From: Candidatus Limnocylindrales bacterium
GTDB taxonomy: Bacteria > Chloroflexota > Limnocylindria > Limnocylindrales > CSP1-4
Reading direction: 5' to 3'
Assembly (NCBI GenBank): GCA_038221095.1
Contig: JBBRIM010000002.1
Coordinates: 1-33,824 of the forward strand
DNA: 33,824 nt
Made by a program: the position numbers and the translations under genes
In this document: positions 25,760 through 33,824 of the stretch, piece after piece
Layout: the number at the start of each line of letters is the position of its first letter
How positions within the stretch are numbered: the first letter of the stretch is position 1
Notes under the pieces: model-generated
What the model was told of the DNA's origin: nothing
What the model saw: the letters and a program-made list of their open reading frames with translations, nothing else
Databases searched by the model: none

Positions 25760-27045
25760 GCACGGGTCGATCGCGCCGGATTCCGTTGGCGCCGAGCGAA
25801 GGCTGGCTGAGCGTCCTGCTCGTGCTCGTCCTGGGCCTCTGCCTGGCGTGGTCGATCGGAAACGCACGCTGGGTCGTCGGCCGGGCCGCGCTGACCGACT
25901 TCCTGCCGTGGGTGACCGCCGGCGGTGTGGCCTGGGGCTTCGTTTCGGCCAAGATTGGCTGGCCGCGCTGGCTGGCCCACCTGCTCGGAGCCGTGGTTGC
26001 GGCCCTGGTCCTCCCGATCGCGGTCGGTGGCGTCCTGCTCCAGGGCAACCTCAGCCCAGGCCCGGCGTTCGTGGCGACCGCCAACTCGAGCGCCGAGGCT
26101 TACCTCGATCTGGCCTTCCGCGGGCTCGCCTTCACCCAGCAGTACGGCCATTTCATGCTCGTCCTGGCGATCCTGTGCTGGGGGACCGGGCAGTTCACGA
26201 GCTATGCCGTGTTCGGCCACCACCGACCGCTGAACGGGGTGATCGTCGCCGGTGTGGCCCTCGTCCTGAACATGAGCATCACCCGGGATGAGCAGCTCCG
26301 GATCCTGATCTTGTTCAGCCTGGCGGCTCTCTTGCTGCTGATCCGGCTGCACGCCCTCGATGAGCGCTCGACCTGGCTGCGCCATCGACTGGGCGAGGCC
26401 GGCTCGCTGTCCACGCTCTACCTGCGCGGTGGCACGGCGTTCATTGCCGTCGCCGTCGGCGGTGCCCTCGTCCTAACCTCCACGGCGGCCTCGGCGCCCC
26501 TGGCCGGCCTGTGGCACGGCGTGGACGAGCGACTGGTCGAGATGACCCACGGCCTCGAGGCTGTCTTCCGCGGCGGCGGACCTGGTTCGCGCATCTCGCC
26601 GGTCGATTTCCTGTCCTCGACCCGGATCACCGGTGTGTGGGTGACCGACGAGACGCCGGTCCTCGCGATCAAGGTTCCCGACGCCGGCAACTATTACTGG
26701 CGAGCGGTGGCCTACGACAACTTCGACGGCCATAATTGGAGCATCAGCCGGCCCGAGTCGATCGGAGTGACCGCCGGTGACTCGCTCCTGACCGGCACCC
26801 GCGACGACCCGGGACCCAGGCCGGCCGGACCCAGGTCACCGTCCAGGTCCATGAGCTCAACTACGACCCAGCAGCGGTGTTCGCCCCCGATGCCCCCCTC
26901 AAGGTCTCGATCGACACCACCGTTGCCCTGGTTGGAGCAATCCCGAATCGCTCAATCGGGAAGGTCACCAAATCCGGAGGAGACACCTATGACGTCACTG
27001 CCCTGGTGCCGCCGGTCTATGCCAGCGACCCTGTCCACGGCCTGA
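25756..27045 (+). CDS. Transglutaminase (TgpA-like) protein, N-terminal polytopic membrane (DUF3488-like) fragment. Sequence after about 26820 looks out of frame.
   Basis: ATGA overlap with the DUF58 gene. About 6 TM segments. The last ~75 codons are Pro/Ser/Arg-rich nonsense, while frame 0 carries the sensible continuation. Confidence 0.75.
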   Translation: MSTGRSRRIPLAPSEGWLSVLLVLVLGLCLAWSIGNARWVVGRAALTDFLPWVTAGGVAWGFVSAKIGWPRWLAHLLGAVVAALVLPIAVGGVLLQGNLSPGPAFVATANSSAEAYLDLAFRGLAFTQQYGHFMLVLAILCWGTGQFTSYAVFGHHRPLNGVIVAGVALVLNMSITRDEQLRILILFSLAALLLLIRLHALDERSTWLRHRLGEAGSLSTLYLRGGTAFIAVAVGGALVLTSTAASAPLAGLWHGVDERLVEMTHGLEAVFRGGGPGSRISPVDFLSSTRITGVWVTDETPVLAIKVPDAGNYYWRAVAYDNFDGHNWSISRPESIGVTAGDSLLTGTRDDPGPRPAGPRSPSRSMSSTTTQQRCSPPMPPSRSRSTPPLPWLEQSRIAQSGRSPNPEETPMTSLPWCRRSMPATLSTA

Positions 27046-28088
27046 CCGGCAACAAGCTGGCGGTCGCTGGGACCGACTACCCGGCCGTGATCAAGGCCTA
27101 CTACCTGCAGAAGGATCCGACCGTCGTCCGGGCGGCGAACACGCTGGCCCTCCTTGCTGCGATCAAGGCCGCCAACCCGACCGCGACAAACCCGTACGAC
27201 CTGAGCCTGGCGATCGTCGCCTATCTCAAGGACTCCACTCACTTCACCTACCAGGCCAACGTGTCGAATATCGACTGCGGCAGCGACGGCGTGGTCGAGT
27301 GCTTCGCCCGGACCAAGGTTGGCTATTGCGAGTACTACGCCAGCACGATGGTCGTCCTGCTCCGGATGGAGGGCATCCCGGCCCGCATGGCCGAGGGCTT
27401 CCTGCCGAGCACACCGGATGCCAACGGGGTCGAGACGGTCAAGCGCAGTGCCTCGCACGCTTGGGTCGAGGTCTACTTCCCGAACTACGGCTGGATCACC
27501 TTCGATCCGACCGGTGGGGGCGTTGGCCAGGGGCAGGTCCTGCCGGCCGGCCCGGTGGTCACCCCGTTGCCGACGGCCCGGCCCACCCCGGCCGGTTCCG
27601 GACTCGACAGCTCGACCGATCGGCGCCGGACCATTCGGCCCGACAACGGGGACCTCACGGGCGGCGCCGGCGTGGCCGGCGCAGGGCCCGGCACGGGCGG
27701 CTTCATCGTCCTAGGGCTGCTCCTCGCCGCGATCATGGGCGCCCTCGTCTTCATCGCCTGGCAGCGTGGTCCGCGTGCACCCCAGGAGCCCGATCGGGTC
27801 TATGGCGGAGTGGTTGGGCTGGCCCGCCGCTTCGGGTTCGGTCCGCGCCCCAACCAGACGGTGTACGAATATGCCGGCAGCCTCGGCGCTGTCCTGCCGT
27901 CGGCCCGGGTCGACCTGCAGACCGTGGCGCTGGCCAAGGTCGAGGTAGCGTACGGCCGTAGGACCCTTGAAGCATCCCGGATCGACGGGCTGCGCCTGGC
28001 CCAGCGGCACCTTCGCCTGGCACTTCTCCGGCTCTTCTTCCACCGCGCTGAGCGGCGCGCCCGGCGCAGTAACCGGCCGCGACCCTAG
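26877..28088 (+). CDS. Transglutaminase core plus TM plus DUF4129-like C-terminal fragment of the same TgpA-like gene (frame open from 26781)
   Basis: Cys-His-Asp triad context: GYCEYYAS, SHAWVEVYF, WITFDPT. C-terminal VYEYAGSLG region. The frame differs by -1 from the 25756 ORF. Confidence 0.85.
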   Translation: MFAPDAPLKVSIDTTVALVGAIPNRSIGKVTKSGGDTYDVTALVPPVYASDPVHGLTGNKLAVAGTDYPAVIKAYYLQKDPTVVRAANTLALLAAIKAANPTATNPYDLSLAIVAYLKDSTHFTYQANVSNIDCGSDGVVECFARTKVGYCEYYASTMVVLLRMEGIPARMAEGFLPSTPDANGVETVKRSASHAWVEVYFPNYGWITFDPTGGGVGQGQVLPAGPVVTPLPTARPTPAGSGLDSSTDRRRTIRPDNGDLTGGAGVAGAGPGTGGFIVLGLLLAAIMGALVFIAWQRGPRAPQEPDRVYGGVVGLARRFGFGPRPNQTVYEYAGSLGAVLPSARVDLQTVALAKVEVAYGRRTLEASRIDGLRLAQRHLRLALLRLFFHRAERRARRSNRPRP

Positions 28089-28927
28089 AGGCCGCCGGGC
28101 GCGCCGCGATCGGCCCCGGCGCCAACCGAGCTGTCGGCCTGGAGCGGACCAAGATGGTCCAGCAGGTTGTGCGCTCGGACCACCACCTGGCCGTCGTGGA
28201 TGGCCAGGATCGTGATCCCGGTCAGGCCGAACGAGAACGACCAGAATCGCTCGAGGGGCAGCTCGAGCAGGGCGAGCATGACGACCTTGAAGACCCCGTC
28301 GTGGCCGACCAGCAATGACCAGGCCTGGCTGCGTGCCGGTGGCGGATAGCCGGCCGCCGAGGTCAGGCCGCCGTCGATCGCCGGGCTGGCCGCCGCCAGG
28401 CGCTCGAGGATCCCGGGCAACGTCGCGCGCACCCGGCGATCCACGTCGACCAGCGCCTCGCCCCCAGGCGCATGGCGCTCGTGAGGAGCCTGGCGCCAGG
28501 CCTCGAGTTCGGGCCCGAAGTCGGCCTCGACCTCGGATCGGTGGAGACCCTCCCAGGCACCCTGGTCAACCTCGTACAGGCCGCGCTCGGGTCGCAGGGC
28601 GGGCACCCCGTCCCCGTAGGCGGCCTGCAAGGCGTCGGTGGCTGCCTGCGCCGTTGCCCTGGTCCGGGCCAGCGGTGAGTGGGCAATCTCGACCGGGGCC
28701 ACCGCGGGAATCGCAACGTGGGGCGGACGGCCCGGGTGGGCCAGCCGGTCGCCGGCGAGCTGCGCCTGGCGCTCACCGAGCGGACTGAGGGGTGTGTCGA
28801 GGCGACCCTGGAAGCGCCCCTCGGTGATCGCGATCGACTCGCCGTGGCGGAGCAGGACGAGGGTGGCATGGAGCCCCGGCGGGACGAGGCGCTGGTTCAG
28901 TGCTCGGTCCCCAGCCGGATCAGCCAC
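28085..28927 (-). CDS. Histidine phosphatase superfamily protein (dPGM-like), 280 aa
   Basis: LVLLRHGES (RHG catalytic motif), TPLSPLGERQA, and later LLVGHDGVFK (the second His). The GTG start at 28927 overlaps the serA 3' end by 31 nt. There is no canonical in-frame start downstream of the serA stop. Confidence 0.85.
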   Translation of the reverse strand: MADPAGDRALNQRLVPPGLHATLVLLRHGESIAITEGRFQGRLDTPLSPLGERQAQLAGDRLAHPGRPPHVAIPAVAPVEIAHSPLARTRATAQAATDALQAAYGDGVPALRPERGLYEVDQGAWEGLHRSEVEADFGPELEAWRQAPHERHAPGGEALVDVDRRVRATLPGILERLAAASPAIDGGLTSAAGYPPPARSQAWSLLVGHDGVFKVVMLALLELPLERFWSFSFGLTGITILAIHDGQVVVRAHNLLDHLGPLQADSSVGAGADRGAPGGL

Positions 28928-30492
28928 AGGTCCAGGACTGCTTCATGGTGGCGGATCGCCTCGGCCACGGCCGGCGGCACGTCATCGTCGAGGGCCAGGA
29001 TCATCAGGGCGTCGGCCCGCGGTGCCGAACGGGCCAGGTGCATCGCACTGATGTTGACGTCGGCCTCGCCCAGCATCTGGCCGATCCGGCCCATCGTGCC
29101 CGGCCGATCCTGGTGGCGAGTGACGAGCATGACCGGGCTGGGCGCCATATCCGTCTGGTGCTCGCCCAGGCGGATCAGGCGGGATTCGCCGTTGGCAACC
29201 GTGCCGGCGATCATCGTCGTCGTACCGTCGGCTTCACCGGTCAGCGTGAGCAGCGAGGCGTACGCCCCGGCATCGGACGACTTGCGCTCGACGATCGCAA
29301 TCCCCCGGGCGCGTGCCAGCGCAGTCGCGTTGACCAGGTTGACCCGCTCGGTGGTCGAAGTCTCGAGCAGGCCCCGCAGGACGGCTGCCGTCAGGGGCGA
29401 GGCATCCTGCCCGGCGAGGTCGCGGGCAAGCTCACCGGCCACCTCGAGGGTCAGCCGCTGGACGCCGGTTCGGCTGAACTGGGCGAAGAACCGGCCGAGC
29501 GTCTCGGCCAGGGGCAGGTAAGGCGCGATGGCCGAGGCCGTTTCGGGAGTCAGCAGGGGAGCGTTGACGGCGTAGCGGGCCGGCCGGCCGGCGAGGACAT
29601 CGATGATCTGGGCGGCGACCTCGGTGGCCACCAGGACCTGGGCCTCCGCGGTCGATGCGCCAAGATGCGGGGTGAGGACGGTGTTTGGGGCGTCCAGCAG
29701 GGGCGAGCCTACCGGCGGTTCGGCCTCGAAGACGTCGATGCCGGCGCCACCCAGGTGGCCCGACCTGAGCGCCTCGGCGACGGCCGCCTCGTCGAGGATC
29801 CCACCCCGCGCGACGTTGAGCAGGAAGGCCCCGGGTTTCATCCGGGCAATCTCGGCCGCGCCGATCAGGCCCCGGGTCTGGCGGGTCAGCGGCACGTGGA
29901 CCGTGATCGCATCGGCTCGCTCGAGGAGGGCGTCGAACGACACGAGCTCGACGCCATGCAGCGCTGCGCCTTCGGCCGAGACGTAGGGGTCGACGGCGAT
30001 CACCGTCATTTCCATCGCCCTGGCCCGCTTGGCAATCGCCTGCCCGATCTTGCCCAGGCCGACGATCCCCAGGGTCCGGCCGCGCAATTCGACGCCGGTG
30101 AACTGGCTGCGCTTCCACTCGCCCTTGCGCAGCGAGGCATCGGCGGCGGCCACGCGCCGGGCCAGGCCGTAAAGCAGGGCGAGGGTGTGCTCGGCCGCGG
30201 CGATCGTGTTGCCCGTCGGGGCGTTCACGACGGTGATGCCGGCCCGGGTGGCTGCCTCAAGGTCCACGTTGTCGACCCCGACCCCGGCTCGTCCGATCAC
30301 GACCAGACGGCGCCCGGACAAGATCATCTGGGCATCGACCTGGACCTGGCTGCGCACGACGAGCGCGTCGAAGTTGGGCAGCAGGGCGCAATAGGCCTCG
30401 TTCGTCAGGCCGATCTGTTCGACCACCTCGTGCTCTGCCCGGAGCAGATCGAGGCCTGCTGGGGCGACCGATTCGGCAACCAGGATCCTCAC
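28897..30492 (-). CDS. serA: D-3-phosphoglycerate dehydrogenase (long form with ASB and ACT domains)
   Basis: 531 aa. NAD motif [10 protein letters not shown], catalytic region LLNVARGG...TPHLGAST, C-terminal ACT-like segment. GTG start in a GTGA overlap with the upstream gene. Confidence 0.93.
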   Translation of the reverse strand: MRILVAESVAPAGLDLLRAEHEVVEQIGLTNEAYCALLPNFDALVVRSQVQVDAQMILSGRRLVVIGRAGVGVDNVDLEAATRAGITVVNAPTGNTIAAAEHTLALLYGLARRVAAADASLRKGEWKRSQFTGVELRGRTLGIVGLGKIGQAIAKRARAMEMTVIAVDPYVSAEGAALHGVELVSFDALLERADAITVHVPLTRQTRGLIGAAEIARMKPGAFLLNVARGGILDEAAVAEALRSGHLGGAGIDVFEAEPPVGSPLLDAPNTVLTPHLGASTAEAQVLVATEVAAQIIDVLAGRPARYAVNAPLLTPETASAIAPYLPLAETLGRFFAQFSRTGVQRLTLEVAGELARDLAGQDASPLTAAVLRGLLETSTTERVNLVNATALARARGIAIVERKSSDAGAYASLLTLTGEADGTTTMIAGTVANGESRLIRLGEHQTDMAPSPVMLVTRHQDRPGTMGRIGQMLGEADVNISAMHLARSAPRADALMILALDDDVPPAVAEAIRHHEAVLDLWLIRLGTEH

Positions 30493-31685
30493 GCCCCAGC
30501 CGCGCCGGCGCTGGTCAGGGCCGGGCGGACGCCCATTCTCTCGAGCGCCGCCGACTGGGCCGCCGCAACCCCGGCGCCGGGCTGGACCGCCCGCTCGAAG
30601 CGGATCGAGACGGCCTCAAGCACGCCGATCGCGTCGAGGATCTCACCGAGGGTGACCGAACCGAGGTGTCCGACCCGGAAGATCTGGCCGGTCAGCTGGC
30701 CCTGCCCACCGGCCAGGACGACTCCTTCGCCCTTGACCGCAGCGTTGATCGCCTTCCAGTCGAAGCCGGCCGGGACGCGGGCGGCCGTGACCGTGCGCGA
30801 GTAGTGGGCGGGATCGGCGAACAGCTCGAAGCCCAGCGCCTCGAGCCCGGCCCGGGCGGCCAGCGCGCAGGCCTCATGCCGGGCAAAGATCGCCTCGGCA
30901 CCTTCCTTCTCCATCAGCTCGAGGCCCGCGTCCACCTGGTAGACCACGGCAATCGCCGGCGTCCAGGGTGTCTGGCCCAGGGCATGCGACTCGCGGTGCT
31001 TGCGCAGGTCGAGGTAGAAGCGGGGCATCGTGGCCGTTTCCATCGCTGCCCAGGCTCGCTCCGAGGCGGCGACCATGGCCAGGCCCGGCGCCGACATCCA
31101 GGCCTTCTGCGAGCCGGTGACGACCACGTCCACGCCCCAGGCGTCCATCTGGAAGGGCACCGCGCCCAGGCCGGAGACGCTGTCGACGATGATCAGGGCC
31201 TCGGGCTGGACGGCCCGGATCGCGGCCGCCAGCTGAGCGATCGGATTCATCACCCCGGTCGACGTCTCGTTATGGGTGAGCAGGACCGCCCGGTAGCCCG
31301 GGTTTGCCTCAAGGTGCGCCCGGAGCTCGGCCGGGTCGGCGGCCTGGCCCCATTCGATCGACAGCCTGGTCACGTCCGCCCCGTAGACCGAGGCGATCTT
31401 GGCGATCCGGTCGCCGAAGGAACCGATCGAGACGCCCAGGACCCGGTCGCCCGGCGAGAGGGTGTTGACCACGGCCGCCTCCAGGCCCCCCGTGCCTGCA
31501 CAGGACAGCATGGCCACATCGCTGGTCGTCCCGAAATAGGGCTTCATCCGGGCCAGGATGCGGCCCAGCATCGCTGCGAACTCGGGGCCCCGATGGTTGA
31601 TCATCTGGCGGGCGCCGGCCTCCCGGACGCTGGGTGGCAGAGCGGTGGGTCCGGGGATCCGGAGGTTCGGCTCGAAGCGATTCAC
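30489..31685 (-). CDS. Class V (AGXT/serine-pyruvate type) aminotransferase, probable phosphoserine aminotransferase role (start 31685 GTG preferred; alternative ATG 31727)
   Basis: NLRIPGPTALPPSV N-terminus and PLP-lysine context VVTGSQKAWMSAPG. The GTG at 31685 lies 6 nt after GGAG. Track ORF 30489..31769 is over-extended. Confidence 0.88.
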   Translation of the reverse strand: MNRFEPNLRIPGPTALPPSVREAGARQMINHRGPEFAAMLGRILARMKPYFGTTSDVAMLSCAGTGGLEAAVVNTLSPGDRVLGVSIGSFGDRIAKIASVYGADVTRLSIEWGQAADPAELRAHLEANPGYRAVLLTHNETSTGVMNPIAQLAAAIRAVQPEALIIVDSVSGLGAVPFQMDAWGVDVVVTGSQKAWMSAPGLAMVAASERAWAAMETATMPRFYLDLRKHRESHALGQTPWTPAIAVVYQVDAGLELMEKEGAEAIFARHEACALAARAGLEALGFELFADPAHYSRTVTAARVPAGFDWKAINAAVKGEGVVLAGGQGQLTGQIFRVGHLGSVTLGEILDAIGVLEAVSIRFERAVQPGAGVAAAQSAALERMGVRPALTSAGAAGA

Positions 31686-31741
31686 GGTCGACTCCAGGTG
31701 GCGATGCGGGCACCTGAATCGTGCCATGGATCGAGTCGACC
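31686..31741 (-). promoter_or_regulatory. Nested stem-loop immediately upstream of the aminotransferase GTG, enclosing its SD
   Basis: Outer arms GGTCGACTC (31686-31694) / GAGTCGACC (31733-31741). Inner arms CAGGTG (31695-31700) / CACCTG (31711-31716). On the minus strand the 3' half reads CACCTGGAGTCGACC-GTG, so the GGAG is paired. Confidence 0.45.
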
Positions 31742-31765
31742 CATGAACCGCTCCGATGCCCCCGT

Positions 31766-33328
31766 TCAATCCGCCGGTGGGACGCCTTCCGGTGGGTCCT
31801 TCGGGCTGCCGGGCGTCCGGCCGCCCGCGTCACTCCGCTCGGTTTCGGCCAGCTTGCGCCGGCTTGATTCTCGAGTGCGCAGGATGGAACCGGCCGCTTT
31901 CATCGAGTCGACCACCGGCGCCGGGTTGGCCACCTTGCGCTGCCGGCCGCGCTCCCGGGCGGCCTGCCGGGCATCGGCCCGGGCTGCCATCCGGGCCCCA
32001 ATCGTTGCCTCGTAGCCCTGCTCGGTGGGCCGGTAGTAACGCTGCTCGCTGAGCGCTTCGGGTAAATACAGCTGGGCAATATCCGAATCTTCGTAGTCCG
32101 GCGGGTAGCGATAGCCGACCCCGTAGCCGTGGTGCTTCATGGCGGGATGACCGGCACCCCGCAGGTGGAGGGGCACCGGCAGGGCCCCGCTCTCATCCAG
32201 GTCGGCTACGGCCGCCCAGTAGGCTGCCCCGGAGCGGTTCGACTTGGGGGCCGTGGCGATATACGTCGTCGCCTGGGCGAGGGCGTACTGGGCCTCGGGC
32301 AGGCCGACATGGTCGAGCGCCTGGGCGGCCGCGATTGCAACCTGGAGCGCGCGTGGATCGGCGTTGCCGACGGCCTCGGAGGCGCTGATGATCAGGCGCC
32401 GGACGATGAAGCGGGGATCCTCACCGGCGGCGACCATCGTGGCCAGCCAATACAACGCCCCATCCGGGTCGTTGCCGCGCAGGCTCTTGATGAACGCGGA
32501 GGCGGTGTCGTAGTGGCCGTCACCAGCCCGGTCGTAGGCCAGGATCTTCTGCTGGGCGGCCGTCTCGACCTCGGACAAGCCAGGCATCACCCGGCCCGCA
32601 GGGTCGCGCAGGCCGGCCGACTCGGCCAGTGCCGTCGCACCTTCGAGCACGTTGAGGGCCTGTCGAGCGTCCCCGCCGGCCAGGCCCACGAGGTGATCGA
32701 AGGCGTCGGCGGGCAGGCTGACGCCACCATCCGGACCGAGTCGTCCGGCAAGTCCCCGGTCCGGATCGTCGAGGGCCCGCTGGACCACGATCCGGACATC
32801 GTCGTCGGACAGCGGTTCGAGGCGCCAGATGCGCAGGCGCGACAGGAGCGCGCCGTTCAGTTCGAAGTAGGGGTTCTCGGTGGTTGCCCCGATCAGGATG
32901 ATCGTGCCGTCCTCGACATGGGGCAGCAGTCCGTCCTGCTGGGACTTGTTGAAGCGGTGGATCTCGTCGATGAACAGGACCGTGCGCGCCCCGTTCAGGC
33001 TGAGCCGCTCGCGCGCGGTCGCGACTGTCGAGCGGATCTCGGCCACGCCGCTCATCACCGCGGACAGGCTCAGGAACTCGGCACCCACCGCGTCGGCGAG
33101 CAGACGGGCCAGGCTCGTCTTGCCTGTGCCGGGCGGTCCCCACAGCAGGATCGAACCGAGGTAGCCCCGCTCGACCGAGCGTCGCAGCGGTCCATCGCTG
33201 CCGACGAGATGGGCCTGGCCAACGTACTCAGCCAGCGCCCGGGGGCGCATCCTGGCGGCCAGTGGCTGGGCCCCGGCCGGGGGTTGGAAAAGGGCAGCCT
33301 GGTCGGGACTGCGACGAGGGGTCGGCAC
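31766..33328 (-). CDS. rarA: Replication-associated recombination protein A (RarA/MgsA AAA+ ATPase)
   Basis: 520 aa. LAARMRPRALAEYVGQAHLVG, Walker A GPPGTGKTS, Walker B VLFIDEIHRFNK, and C-terminal MgsA domain motifs (HYDTASAFIKSLRGNDPDGALYWLA). GTG start at 33328. Confidence 0.93.
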   Translation of the reverse strand: MPTPRRSPDQAALFQPPAGAQPLAARMRPRALAEYVGQAHLVGSDGPLRRSVERGYLGSILLWGPPGTGKTSLARLLADAVGAEFLSLSAVMSGVAEIRSTVATARERLSLNGARTVLFIDEIHRFNKSQQDGLLPHVEDGTIILIGATTENPYFELNGALLSRLRIWRLEPLSDDDVRIVVQRALDDPDRGLAGRLGPDGGVSLPADAFDHLVGLAGGDARQALNVLEGATALAESAGLRDPAGRVMPGLSEVETAAQQKILAYDRAGDGHYDTASAFIKSLRGNDPDGALYWLATMVAAGEDPRFIVRRLIISASEAVGNADPRALQVAIAAAQALDHVGLPEAQYALAQATTYIATAPKSNRSGAAYWAAVADLDESGALPVPLHLRGAGHPAMKHHGYGVGYRYPPDYEDSDIAQLYLPEALSEQRYYRPTEQGYEATIGARMAARADARQAARERGRQRKVANPAPVVDSMKAAGSILRTRESSRRKLAETERSDAGGRTPGSPKDPPEGVPPAD

Positions 33329-33356
33329 CCGGTCAGTCTACGACCGTACCCTCACC

Positions 33357-33824
33357 TCAGGCGACGTTGCCCTGGGCGGTCCAGGCTGTACCCAGGGATC
33401 GGCCGTCGCTTGGCAATGGGGCGTTCTCGGCCGTCTCGATCCCGGCCACGAAGGCGGTCACGAGACGGGCGTCGAGCTGGCTCCCGGCGGCATCCTCAAG
33501 CCGGTGAAGCGCCTCCTGGATCGACAATGCCTTGCGATACGGCCGAGAGGTGGTCATCGCGCTGAAGGCGTCGCCGACGGCGAGGATCCGGGCGATCAGG
33601 GGGATCTCCTCGCCGGCCAGGCCGTCGAGGTAGCCATTGCCGTCCCAGCGCTCGTGATGGTGGCGAACGCCGGTCCGCACCAGGACGGCGTGCGGGACGT
33701 CGCGGACGATCGCGTCGCCGAGGGCAACGTGCTGCTTGACGATCGCGTACTCGTCGGCGGTCAGGGGACCCGGCTTGCGCAGGATCCCATCGGGAATCCC
33801 GATCTTGCCGACGTCGTGGAGCAG
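33357..33824 (-). CDS. HD-GYP domain phosphohydrolase, C-terminal part (5' end outside the window)
   Basis: The frame is open to the window edge. LLHDVGKIGIPDGILRKPGPLTADEYAIVKQH...HHHERWDGNGYLDG...DAFSAMTSRPYR contains the HD...HHE.WDG.GYP-type motifs. Confidence 0.88.
   Translation of the reverse strand: MLHDVGKIGIPDGILRKPGPLTADEYAIVKQHVALGDAIVRDVPHAVLVRTGVRHHHERWDGNGYLDGLAGEEIPLIARILAVGDAFSAMTTSRPYRKALSIQEALHRLEDAAGSQLDARLVTAFVAGIETAENAPLPSDGRSLGTAWTAQGNVA

Noticed and set aside
24608-25867. 419-aa minus-strand ORF opposite the DUF58 gene
   Set aside because: Shadow ORF. The DUF58 signature is on the plus strand.
28900-30804. 634-aa plus-strand ORF opposite serA
   Set aside because: Shadow ORF with a Gly/Arg/Asp-rich composition. 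serA on the minus strand is unambiguous.
31686-31769. Longer N-terminus for the aminotransferase (ATG 31727, or the track start at 31769)
   Set aside because: The added residues (MNGGIGAVHGSTRSMARFRCPHRHLEST) have no counterpart in class V aminotransferases. The start at 31769 would overlap the rarA stop. The GTG at 31685 has a GGAG at 6-nt spacing. ATG 31727 is kept only as an alternative.
30666-32015. 449-aa plus-strand ORF opposite the aminotransferase, and 32129..33565 (478 aa) opposite rarA
   Set aside because: Both are antisense shadows of genes with clear PLP-lysine and Walker motifs respectively.

Overview
This is a very GC-rich bacterial chromosomal segment (roughly two-thirds G+C by eye, not computed). 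It is tightly packed: many start/stop overlaps of 1-40 nt, and three convergent gene pairs with no spacer. The high GC fills the six-frame track with long antisense shadow ORFs and ORFs over-extended at the 5' end. I resolved each locus by recognisable protein motifs, start-codon/SD context and neighbouring gene ends. I call 31 protein-coding segments (30 loci, one split by a frameshift) and one tRNA-Leu(UAG). Left to right: mrp/apbC (partial), a Crp/Fnr regulator, cinA, two membrane/hypothetical genes, tRNA-Leu, tig-clpP-clpX, a YdhS-like flavoprotein overlapping both clpX and valS, and valS. Next come a trio of small zinc-ribbon/HTH genes, yihY, and a 577-aa zinc-ribbon plus acidic-repeat protein. 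That protein is divergent from an fhaA-fhaB-rodA-pbpA cell-wall module, which lacks the PstP/PknA/PknB genes normally embedded in it. The window ends with a ~913-aa GH63-like hydrolase, MoxR-DUF58-transglutaminase (the last split by a frameshift), a class-V aminotransferase/serA/histidine-phosphatase operon, rarA and a partial HD-GYP gene. I saw no CRISPR array, transposase, integrase or recognisable defence gene, so the window is mostly housekeeping. The best candidates for something undescribed are: (1) the kinase-less FHA/RodA/PbpA module with its divergent orphan zinc-ribbon protein; (2) the uncharacterised zinc-ribbon/FmdB/HTH trio at 12029-13406; (3) the MoxR-DUF58-transglutaminase triad; (4) a possibly non-canonical three-gene phosphoserine pathway preceded by an SD-sequestering nested hairpin. 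All homology calls come from motif recognition by eye; no database search was run.
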